A stretch of DNA of 64,000 nucleotides from Oculina patagonica. Its lineage: Eukaryota. This document shows positions 23,617 to 34,743 of the stretch, piece after piece. Position numbers and translations under genes: made by a program. The stretch lies in NCBI RefSeq assembly GCF_052425735.1, contig NC_135760.1, forward strand, positions 2,666,001 to 2,730,000, in the 5' to 3' direction. Numbering within the stretch: position 1 is the first letter of the stretch; every line of letters starts with the position of its first letter. Under the pieces are notes generated by a model. It saw nothing but the letters and a program-made list of their open reading frames with translations. It was not told the origin of the DNA and did not search any database.

Positions 23617-26600
23617 TCGCTCATAGAAAACTCGGACTCGTAGTCTAATTGTTAAATAGAGTTTTTATGATGGTAATTACAGAATTATCACAATAAAAGA
23701 ATAAATCATATCAATGAGCATTATAGGATGCCCTGGGGGCAAAATCAATATGGCTGCCGTATCTGCGAAATGGACTATTGCGACGATTTTGATCGGCTTT
23801 GAACAAACGTCAACTGAATTCAACTAATTAGTGTACATTTACGAGATACAATGTATGTAACCTCCATATAACACACTGAACAATCCATTTACGAAGATAT
23901 TGGTCAAAACTGACCATTGTTTAACCAATTCACACTCACCGAAAACAAATTGTTTAATTTGATCCCAATAAATTCGCCGACCGGCTTATTGAATACGTGG
24001 AATCCAAACGGGTACGCATTCTTACTTTACTAGAAGAGCATGCAATCAAGACGACTTTGTTCAGTTTGCCAGAAGAGAAAATGGTGAACGGTCTGTTATT
24101 TCCGACAGTTACACAGTGCTTTGCAAGTTATTTAGTATTTCAAACAGAAAAAAAAAACTTCTCGTAAGTAATACCACTCTGCATGTTACGGATCCCCGGG
24201 GGGACTCCCATATGAAAGTGACGGGGATGCTCGTCGTTTTCGCTTAGGGGTATAAATTTCGGCCTTTGGGTCTCGCTTAGGGTCGGTGTTCTGGGGAAAA
24301 TGGCAATATTTTTTGCCGTCGGGGTCTCGTTTAGGGTTGCACACAAAGAAATATACAAATTTAAGTTCCTTTTTTCAGAATTTTGGTATCTTTTAGGGGT
24401 CTAAAATAGCTTGAGTCAGGTCTCTTTTAGGAATTCTTTTCAAAATTTCCGACAAGCATCCCCGTCCCTTTAATATGGGAGTCCTCCCCCGGGCGGACCT
24501 GGGGAAACCTGGATGTTCGCCTCCAGGGTTTCAAGTAAAACTCACTAGGACATAACAGAATCAACCACGGTGTTTACTCGACCACGAAAACGGACGACCA
24601 CTATCAACGCAGGTCAAATAATTACCTTTTAACTGTTTTTGGATTTAAAGCATATAATATTTTCAGTTTGTAACCAGCAATGAGGTCAAAATAGATTTCT
24701 AAAACTCACAAGAGATTTATTGTTGTGGTTGCAGAGACAGCGTCGCCATTTTCCGCGATAACAGACAAGTGCGATGTTCCTTGTTGGCTCGAGTTGTGAT
24801 AGAAGTCGCCATAATACCGATAATCAGTAAAGGTTTGGTTGTCCCAAATCTTCTGGCGAATAGATTCAGCAAACTGGGCATTAGTCATGTTCTTGATAAT
24901 CTGCAAGGAAACGTTGTAAAAGTTTTCGTAAGTCTTTTATAAAAAGCAACCGCCCTTAGAAACTACTACAGCCCGTGAGTAGGGTCTACTTTCGGAGAAG
25001 AAACATAAACCCGCGAACTTGCTAGCGGTTGTTTCGTTGGCCGTCAAAAAATCTTCACTTGTCGGACAGTGTGCGGTGAATTCAGACAAGTCTACGACAA
25101 GATCGGGCCTTGTCTCTCAAAGTGTCTTGTTAGGCCTTGTCGGCTAGTGTGCGGTGGATCAAGACAATTTGTCGGGTTTCGGTCGTGTTGTAACCAATTA
25201 TAGAAAGCATTGTTGATTTTGGATTAGTCGACCCCAAGCCTCGATGCAGTTAGTCGCGAGAAATAATCTGCAAGTGTGCGACAAGCTGATGGTCTGACAA
25301 ATTGTGACCCAATTTGATCCCAATAAAAAATCTCCTGTTCTACGACGAAAAGTCGGCTAGTGTGCGGCGGCCTATACATAGGCGGGGTTGGGAGTTGGGG
25401 GCTAAGAGGGGAATGCCGAGGAAATTCATTCAGACAAACTCAAATTACCTCAGTTACATTAGCAAAGTCCTGATCTCCCAGTAATGCTCTGTAAGCGTAC
25501 GCAAACTTGAATGCCTCTACAATCCTGTGGTATGTCAAAACTGAGTTGTCTATTCCTTGCCGGTCAGAAGGCTTCATGTTATATCCTTTAAAAAAATAAG
25601 CATAGTTTGAAACATTGGAACCCTATTTACGGGTTCAAAACGTTGACAATCAACTAAGTGAATAGGAATATGGTTACTCTTCCTGGATGACAAGGATGCC
25701 GAAGTTCACCTTAAGCTGACTTGACCACCTAACATTTTAGAGAGAAGCTTAACTTTACGTTCGCAATTAACTTAGTGGATAGGTGTATGGCTACACTTCC
25801 TGTAGGGAACTTCATCTCGGGTTGAATTGACCACCCACCATTTCCTCAGGTTCCCAGGTAAAGGGAAACTCTAGAGGAGCACCCTTTCTTTCCCAAAAGC
25901 ACAACTCACGGCCGCCTGCTCTCAAATGAAAACGCGCGTAACATTCTTGCGACTGACAAACCTGTACATGTAGCCCTCCAATTCTCGATCGAATTGGAAT
26001 GTAGCTATATAGAAGGGAGGAAAACCGGACAAGGACAAGATCCAGCAACAAACTCAACCCAAATATGACGCCGTGTCCGGGAATTGAACCCGGGCCACAT
26101 TGGTGGCCCCAGCTTGCTCCCCAGCTTAATCTAAATCCTTATGTTGTCTAGCATATTACCTTTCAAAATATTCAGGATAAAACTTAGCACCACCCCACTC
26201 CCTGGGGGAGGAGTAGAGTACCATGAGTAGTTCCCTAAGGTCCCGCTCATCGGTTTCCTGAATTTTACTTTGTAGTTCTTCAAATCATCCAAGGTGAAAA
26301 TGCCGCCGCCATCTTTAATATCTTGTACAACATCTTTGGCAAGTTCTCCATAATAAAAATCATCCGGGTTATCACGGATTCGCTCCAAGGTTTTGGCAAA
26401 CTTTGGCATGTACAGAATTTCTCCTAGCTTCTTTAATTCGCCATCCTTGTTAAATAGAAGCTTCCTTCATAAGAAACAATGCATCAACATGGTAGGTCAG
26501 TACTTCAAAATCAAAGTTCAAACAATTATAATTTAATATTAACTCAATATTTCATTTCCGTATGTTTTTGCTCTTCATTTTTATATCGTGGATGACATCA

Positions 26601-29326
26601 TCTTTGGAGGTCTAGATTGCGTGACGTACGAAATTTTAGTAAAGACAAGTGATCACGTGGTGCGTCACAAGTCTCGTGAAACAGCGCACAAGTATTAAAG
26701 GACACTGTCACGAACCACCTTAATTTATTTATCCATCTAACCTTAGCCCAGGATCAGCCTTAAGACGTGGTTGCACACTTGGTCGTGTCGCCGCGTAGTA
26801 AGCAGAGTAACCGAACGGAAATCCGTTTTTCGCCATGTCAATAGAAGGTTGCACCAGATCCTTCCATGGAAGTTTACCGTACTTCTTCCAGGCTTCGTAG
26901 AATCCTTTAACCTCTCCAGGCACACCAGCGGCCGTCGCGCCTGTTTTAAGACAAAACAAAAAGCTGCTTTTTGATTGGCCAGTCTCTAGTGTATGCTTAG
27001 AAGGGAACAAGCAGCCTACTATCCGGCATTCTTGTCTCCAAAGGCTTCATTTTTGGACAGCACTAAGAAGTACAATCTCTTGCAAAGTTCCAATATGAAA
27101 GTCCGCGCTTCACGGGCTTTCAGTCGTTTTACGCAGACTCAGTTAGAGTTTTGTCCTTTCAGCAATCAAATATGATCATTCTGCGCACGCTCAAACACAT
27201 TCGTAGCGCTGACCACAAGTATCAGAGCTCTGGGGACGAGAATAGCTCACGTTATAGTACCTGAGCGTAAATACACAGCAGCCGGGGGCTGGAGTGGGAG
27301 TGAGAAATACATTTCAATTTCAGTTTAATTTCACTGAAACTGAACTGAGCTTACCTAGTCTGGAGCTCATTGCACCTCCGACATACATCGTTCTATTGGC
27401 TTTCCCCGGGGCTTCTTCTCGAAAGTCAATCACCTCCACGAATCTCGTTTTCTTTTTGTACACAACCATAAACCCACCGCCACCAACTCCAGCAGAATGC
27501 ATGTTGTAAACCCCTATACAGAACAAGGCCGCGATCGCCGAATCCATGGCGGAACCTCCTTTCTCCAGAATATCACGGCCTATCTCCGAGCAGGGACCAG
27601 CATCTGATGCAACTACGGCGTGTTTGTAGGGGCCATCCGCCCCCGGGGGTCCGGTCGGTGGGGGAAGTATTGGTTTCGGGGTTGGCTTGTCCGGGTTGGT
27701 CTGTTTTTCTTTCGTGAGGACAATTGCGAGTGCAACAGTGATTGCAATCAGTATCAGAATGATGACTACAAGTATTATTATCAGTCGTCGCTTAGTTGCG
27801 CTGTTGAGTAGAGAAAGGAGTCGAATGTAAGCAAATTTCGCAGAGAAATACCGTTATCATTTATCTTTAATTTCCATGTTCACAAACTGTCCTTATTTGA
27901 TTAATCTCACCACAAGCCTCTATGTGCTTTCCTCCACAGTTTATGTATATTTCATTGACTTGAATGTCCAGTCATGAGATAACAATTATTCGGACATTTC
28001 TATATTTTACCTCAAATTCGTAACCATACCGGGGTCGGGGGGAGGGGAGGAGGAGGTTGCATAGTGGATCCTCCCCAAGGCTTTTGTTCGTTTAAGGCAC
28101 AGGATAATAAATCCTTAGCTTGCTTTACAAGATGACACGCATTTCTGTTGGCTATGACGTCATATGACCTGATATGACGCCGTTAGATCCGCCATCTTGG
28201 ATCTGATCATAAGAGCGTTAGTATTTCATAAGCGTTCAATTTCGGACATAACGTAAAATTCCAGTTATAAGCCCTGGGCTTATACAACTTCAGAAGGGTT
28301 TCTGGGAGGGCTTATAAGTGGAGGGGCTTATCCGGGAGGGCTTATTAGCGGAATAAAAAAAACGTTTCGAAACGGGCCAGGGAGTATTGATCGAAATGCG
28401 TTTTTTAGTTAAAAACGCATAATAAAGCAATATTTAGCCCTATTCAGTACTCTCATCCGGCAGAGGGGGGCTTATATCCGGGGAGACTTATGACCGGAAT
28501 TTTACGGTATCTGATTTTCGTCCACGTGATCAATGCCGCGTTAAATTCAGTTTCGTGACTCACGTCGAGGACAATTTTTGAAATGAGTGGAATTGCAGTA
28601 ATCGGGGACCTTTTAGCTAAATAAGGAAGATCTAAGTTCAGTTTAAGATACGTGCTTTTTTTCTTGACTACTCGTATCATTCTCATGACGGATTGCATGG
28701 ATGAACATTTTAATAATCATCAAAACAAATCCATTATGTAAATGGACACAAAACTGATTGGTTAAATAACATTTCCCTCCTTTCCGGCTCTTAATATTTT
28801 CCTGCTCGTATCTGCAATTTACTGCAAATAATTAAACCGTCAATCATGTTAAAGTACTGTTGTAAGTTTTGTACATTCTCTTACTTGGTTTGATTAAGCA
28901 AGCTGTGTGCACTTAAAAGTGTTCTTTTATGGCAAAAAAAATGGAAAATACTTATTTGTTGGCAAAGTCTGTGTAAACGGCTATCACACGACAAGCTAAT
29001 GGCCAACTTGTGTTGGCAAACTCATGTTGGTGTGTGCGAACGATGCAACAACGGCAAACAAGTTGGCCAACTGTTAAGTAATATATCAAACACGAGAGGC
29101 AGTGTTTCATCGGGATATCCAAACACCGAGAAGAGAGTTGAAAATACGACGCGCAGCGGAGTATTTTTGACGAAATTCGAGGTGTTTGGATAGCCGATGA
29201 AACACTGTCTCGACTGTTTGATATATCTTCTTAATCGAAACAAAAACTACGGAGTAAACGGAGAAATAAAATCGTAAAAATCTATGCTAATTAAGATCGG
29301 GTTTCCAAACCACCGTCACAGTTGTA

Positions 29327-29361
<35 letters not shown>

Positions 29362-30574
29362 GTTTAAGAACGACATATAGATATGGTCTCTATTCTCGCC
29401 TATAGTTTGCCAACTTGTTTGCCAACTGTTGTTGTGTCTTTCACACACACACCAACTTGAGTTTGCCAACATGAGTTTGCCAACTTTAGTTTGTCGTGTG
29501 AAGGCCGCTTTATTGTTGTGCAAAGAGGCAAGCCCTGTAAACACAGGTAAATACCACGGTTGTGGTGCGCAAGCCAGCATGGCCATTAAAGAGGGTTAAA
29601 AAGCCATCTAAAGTTGCGTGCTCGTAGCGAGATCGCACTTATATATCAGCAAATCAGACAATCGAGGTCGTCAAACAGAGCAAATAATTACTTACAACAA
29701 CGGCACTGGGCAATACAAACCACTCGAATACATTCATTTTTTTGAAATTATGCCCTAAGGCATGCTAATCAGCTACAAACTCAATAACCCTTTGAGAACA
29801 GGCCCAAACAAACCTCCCTCGTAGAACAACAAGGAAGAGATAAGTCAATAAATTCCTACCCTTTTGTACACGCAAAATTCTAGCTAGTTTGCTAACTGTT
29901 GAGTACTGTACTTGTAGATCACACAGACCAGTTCTTTTGTTCTTAGCTTGTATAAAAGCACCTAGCTTTTAATTTAATTCTCAGTGATATTTTCATTAGA
30001 AATTCTATTATCGTCTGCAGTGCTAATGTATTTAGGGGCATTGCTGAACACTACAATACCCTCAAAAAAATTTAGCTCGAAACTTATTCAGAGGGTGGAT
30101 ATTTTTTTACAAAGTGATATTTTACTACAGATTTCATCATATTTACGGCCATTATTCTCAGTGATCACTCGATACCTTAAAGTCCTCGCTTGTTACTTAT
30201 CCCGGGGGGTGAATGCCTTGAAATATTGGTCTGGCGGGGTGAGTGCCACCGCCAGTTTTCCTAAACCCTTATCTTGTTTTGATCAATATGTCATTTTCTC
30301 TTAACGTTTTTCAGACTCGTTTCCCATCATCTCTCCTCTCCCCCCGGACCAGTTCAAAATAAATAAATTTGCAATAGAAACTTTCCGTTACTGACGCATT
30401 CGAAATTCATCATTAACTAAAAAAATTGCAAATTCATTCTTGTAACTTAAGTACCCGCTGTAAATTGTTACAAGCCTTAAAAAAGATTGTACGCGAAAAT
30501 TTAATTAAGTTTTACCTTTTCTGTTTCGAGTCTCCCTTGTACATAATCTCGCTTGCTGACTTTCCGCTGCTCAT
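20973..30574 (-). CDS. ggt: Gamma-glutamyltranspeptidase / glutathione hydrolase paralog 3, complete 8-exon model, 614 aa
   Basis: Exons 30574-30516 (MSSGKSASEIMYKGDSKQK), 27800-27355, 26940-26742, 26464-26160, 25585-25449, 24900-24710, 22765-22525, 21239-20973; 1845 nt in frame, all GT-AG. Same motifs as paralog 2 but PGKRPQSS. Confidence 0.93.
21694..21812. repeat. Hairpin element, GGT3 intron 7
   Basis: AACAGTTATTCCACGAGCGCGCGTTGGATATGA ... TCATATTCAACAAGCGCGAGTGGAATAATTGTT. Confidence 0.65.
22021..22190. mobile_element. PIF/Harbinger-like foldback MITE
   Basis: TAAGGCTAGATTTCCACTGACGCGTAAATTTT ... AAAATTTACGCGTCAGTGGAAATCCACCTTA. A partial copy lies near 19105-19215. Confidence 0.7.
23297..23778. 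mobile_element. MITE (ATAGTCCATTT termini) carrying a nested hairpin element
   Basis: About 60-bp TIRs ATAGTCCATTTTGCAGATAC...CAGGGCATCCTATAAT / ATTATAGGATGCCCTG...GTATCTGCGAAATGGACTAT. Internal near-perfect palindrome 23548-23657 centred on CTCGGCTGCGCCTCG. Confidence 0.75.
24195..24493. mobile_element. MITE of the CCCGGGGG family, GGT3 intron 6
   Basis: CCCGGGGGGACTCCCATATGAAAG ... CTTTAATATGGGAGTCCTCCCCCGGG; colinear with 13709-14020. Confidence 0.75.
25985..26122 (-). mobile_element. Degenerate tRNA-derived SINE of a second family
   Basis: Minus strand CCACCAATGTGGCCCGGGTTCAATTCCCGG (B box), then GGGTTGAGTTTGTTG...TCCGGTTTTCCTCCC; A-box region deleted. Confidence 0.6.
28251..28509. mobile_element. 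Tc1/mariner-like MITE with GGGCTTATA units
   Basis: CGTAAAATTCCAGTTATAAGCCC ... GACTTATGACCGGAATTTTACGGTA. Confidence 0.6.
28974..29511. mobile_element. Harbinger-like MITE with nested hairpin element (about 29077-29390)
   Basis: Outer TCACACGACAA..TTGGCAAAC units versus GTTTGCCAA units..TTGTCGTGTGAAGGCCGCTTTA. Inner palindrome ATATATCAAACAC...GTTTGATATAT centred on CGACGCGCAGCGGAG. Confidence 0.65.
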
Positions 30575-32007
30575 TTTGACCTTGCTAACAGCTTACCGTC
30601 TTTCTCAAGTAATAGACCAACTTCTGGTAACTGCAATCTTGATCGTGTAGCTCAGTCCTGCAACCGCTCAGCGAACATAGCGAATCTTGGGCTGAGGTTA
30701 TAAATTGCTGCTATCCCAAGTGCGCCATAAAACGCAATTTGATTAAAACGCCTTGTTATGCAAATCACTGCGGCATCGAGACACACAAAACAAGACAGGC
30801 AGTCATTGAAACATTGACAGTTGATTTGACATAAGCCCAAATTTTGTTGATTTATTACGTTTGTCATAACTAAACAGTAATATTAGCTAATATGTTTCCA
30901 GAAGGAACCAAGCTAAATGAATGCATAATGTATTAGTTGAGAGGCCGACCTTACGTGGTAAATAGTGCTAGCACTTTTAAACTTTGGGACGTTTTGGGGA
31001 AGCTTTTGCGACCAAATAGCACTCGTTTAACATACTACAATAACCCTCCAAGACTAAAAGGAATATTACAACTTGTACTCCATGTAATTTATAATGAAAC
31101 AATTCGGTTTAAGACGTAAACTCTTCTATTGTATATCCTTTACGGCATAAAAGATAAATTAATTAGGTAATAAAATAGATATATATATATATCAGGTTTA
31201 TCTGTATATATCCATGCTTTTCTGCTGTAATAAAGTTACAGTTTTGTTAGATCTTTCCTATTCCTGACTGCATCATGCTATATAATCTATCAATCGGTTT
31301 ATCTCTATCTGTAATTGCACCGGCCAATGTCCGTAAAAATAGGAACCCTGTCATTTCGATTCGAGTATGGCTAGAAGTATATGAGATGTTGGATGTTACC
31401 GCAGGTTGTCAGCGAAATCCTATACAGTGGAATTTTGATTTCTCGAAACTCCAAAAAAAAAAGGAAAATTGTTCAAGAAATCGAGAGTTTGAGAAATTGG
31501 GGGGGGGGGGAATTGTAGTGTTTGACTGAGAGAGGGAAGTGACTTTTAGCTCGAATTATCGCAAGGCTCGAGGAATCGACTGGGTTCGAGCAATCGGAAT
31601 TCCATTGTAACCCAGAAAGCTTGAGTTTACCCATGGCCAGCCTCGTTCCCAGACCTCCACAATTAGTTAAGGCTCCATTAAATCCAATACCAATTGCAGA
31701 ACATTTTATGAGAGGAGCCACCCACGATGTGAGCCCAGTTATAGACAAGACATAATCACAAGGGGAATAACGTAAAATAAATGTAAACCGTTAAAGTAAG
31801 AACTAAGCTTGAAGGCAGCGAGCAGTTCCTCTTTTTACTTGACTCGCGGGGTTTTTTTTTGTTTTGCTTCACGATCAAACAGCTAAGAAAAAGGGACTGC
31901 TTGCTTGAAATCTCATCAACTCGTGCCATGTCTAGTCGCCCGATACAAGGACCAGCATCCGCTTTGGCGTTTTTGGTACCTGAGCACCGGAAACAAATAT
32001 TATATAG

Positions 32008-32213
32008 CGTCGTGTTCATACACAGAAAACCAAAGTACACAAGTACCATTTTGTGCCCAACCCGTGCCCAAGTACAAGGTCCACACCTTGTACTCGGGCA
32101 CGGGCTGTCGAATTATGGCGTGGCTACTTGAAAAAATAGTATGTTCACATTAGTGCCCAGCAAGAACCGAACTCGGGCGCCGTGCCCAGACACTAAGTGT
32201 GAACACGGCCTTA
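32008..32213. mobile_element. Harbinger-like MITE with GTGCCC/GGGCAC units
   Basis: CGTGTTCATAC ... GTGTGAACACGGCCTTA. Confidence 0.5.
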
Positions 32214-34212
32214 AGTTGATTTTAAGCGTTCGTTTAGCCAGTACATCTAAATACGCTATAAACCAAGTGGACCTTAATCGAACAAGATTCCCTTTTTCCT
32301 GCTTTTTAAAAGTAAAGAATGTGTATTACTCATTGCGATTTTAAAGCTATGACATATTTTGGAGGTAAACGATTGTTTCTATTTATAAACAGACAATCAA
32401 CTTGTGGTGAGACTGTCCCTGCTCTCAAGAAAACCAGGTAACCCGTGGGAGGTCACCGGGGGTCGACACCCTTATGAAACTTTAACCACTTTAAATCACA
32501 ATCGAAAAATAACAGAGCATTTTAGTAGCCTTGAGTAAGAGTCGACTTCGCTACTTCGTTTGCCAAGTCAGGAGGTAAGAAAGCTTTTAGCGTTACCAAA
32601 ATAGCACTATAATTAATTGTCTTTAACAAAATTTAACAAAGTACGGCCACTGTAACAGTGCCACCTTCATCCATTGTTTTGGATAATATAATTGTCACCT
32701 CCTAAAGAAAACATCTTAAACGTAACAAGTAGTAATGTTTTCTCTTATGTAATCTAACAGTGAAGAATTAAGGCAAAATCGATCTACTTGGATTCTTTTT
32801 TATAACATTCATTTTACAAATCTACATGAGTTCTCCTTTTGGTGATAGTTTCACTCGGGAATACAAGAGTAATACTTTGTATTCAACTTCGTGATAGGTT
32901 CTGTGTTGAGTGTACTTTTTTTCCTGAATGCAATACCATCTAAGAATTTATGAAACCATCATAGTGCCTTTAGGGTCTAAATAAACAACATTTCTTTACA
33001 TTCCAAATTGCTTTCGGCTGGTAAATAAATTCGGTTTTAATCGAGCGAAATGATCCCAGTTCACCTTTTAAGTGAATTGTACGTCTTTTCGTTATTGCTC
33101 TGATATTTAAAAAACAGATTTATCTTTAGAATTCATTGCTTCATTTAGGGCACAAAATAATTAGAAACGCGCTCAGAATTTGATTTTTATGCTCTCAATA
33201 TAAAGTAATTAAGCAGCTCAAGCCCCCCTCCCCTCCCCAAAAAATAGAACGAAAACAGCTTTTTCTTTAAAACTGTAATAACCGTCGAAGCTAACACCCA
33301 GCCCATCATCGCACCCTCTTACCAGCGAATCGAAACGTTTGGTACCGGTAGCCTCGCTTCCCCCGAAACCATAAATTAATATACATTTAACAAAACAGTT
33401 TTCGAACAAAGGATAAGCGACGGCAAAAGTAAAGAGCTTTATTTACCCCCATATTTCTCCAAATAACCACTATCGGTGCTTAGCACAAACATCTTTTCAG
33501 AGTACCATTTTTACCCCAATATTACCGTCGCACTCTTGAATAATGCATTGATTCTTCTACCTGCAGACAATACTCCTGCTTCGCTAGAACTGTTTAGTGT
33601 TCCGCGTGCGGTCTGGGAGAAATTGTATCGTGCAATTTGATTGGTTAATCGTGGACCTTTTATATGAGCCGCTCACATTTTCTTTGTTAGAAAAATAATA
33701 AAACAAATCACTGACCAAGCACGATTGGTCCAAATGTATTTTCTAAGTATTGTACCGGGTAAAGTTCGTATGTTTATTTTTCAATCTTAAGATCGTGAGC
33801 TGAATCCCTTATCAACCAGAGCTTGCTCGGGACTGTGCGCAGCGCAGTCCTTACGGGAAAGACCGAAAGGTCGATATCCCCCCCCCCCCCAACCCCTCAG
33901 TACCGTATTTTTTCGATTAAACGCCGGGCATCGAACTAACGCCGGGTTTTCAATGTAGAATTGTAAATCACTCCCTAAAGCAAAGATTTAAAAAGCTGTA
34001 GTTGTTATGCCAAGATACAACACCGTCAAAAATAATTATAAAACCATTTGCTTAATTACCGCCTGGCTCGAATAAATTGCACGAGTCAAGTAAACCTAAA
34101 GCTCCACCAGGGCAAGTTCGAAATAAACGCCTGGGGGGTGTTTAATCGAGATAAACGGCCCTTGCTTTTGGTATCCTTTCAGTATGCCGGGTCAATATTT
34201 CTCGATCTTGAT

Positions 34213-34707
34213 TACCGTAATGATTCGATTTAGCGCCCGGGGCGCTTATTTACTTTTGGCACCTCAAGGGAGGGCGCTTATTCAGGACAGGGCACTTATT
34301 TAATTTTTCGAGAAACAACCAAATGTTCAAAACAAACCTTTAATAAATATAAGCAAATTGTTGAAAGTTCAGCTACTTTTAAAAGAATTGTTCATTTTAG
34401 CAGTAAATATATACATGTACGGTAAATGTTCATCATGCGTTTATCTATTCGACGTCGATGACTTCAGTAGGGGCAGTTATCCGCCATAGAGGGCGCTTAT
34501 TAGAATAGGGGCACTTTTAATAATGGGGCATGGGGACGCTTGTTAGAATGGGGGCACTTTTAAGAATGGGGCATGGGGACGCTTGTTAGAATGGGGGCGC
34601 TTATTGGAATAGGGGCGCTTATTTACGAAAACACATTCAAAGGGGGGCGGTTATTCGAAAGGGGGGCGCTTATTGGAAGGAGGGCGCTAAATCGAAACAT
34701 AACGGTA
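34213..34707. mobile_element. Tc1/mariner-like MITE with internal GGGCGCTTATT tandem units
   Basis: TACCGTAATGATTCGATTTAGCGCCC ... GGGCGCTAAATCGAAACATAACGGTA. It ends about 25 bp before the acceptor of the signal-peptide exon of secreted gene A. A related element lies at 33901-34158. Confidence 0.7.
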
Positions 34708-34743
34708 AGCACCACTTTCATGTGCATTTTCAGGCTCTTAAAC

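Noticed and set aside
34490-34690. CRISPR-like or minisatellite array of GGGGCGCTTATT units
   Set aside because: Internal repeats of a TACCG...CGGTA MITE in eukaryotic DNA; no unique spacers and no cas genes.
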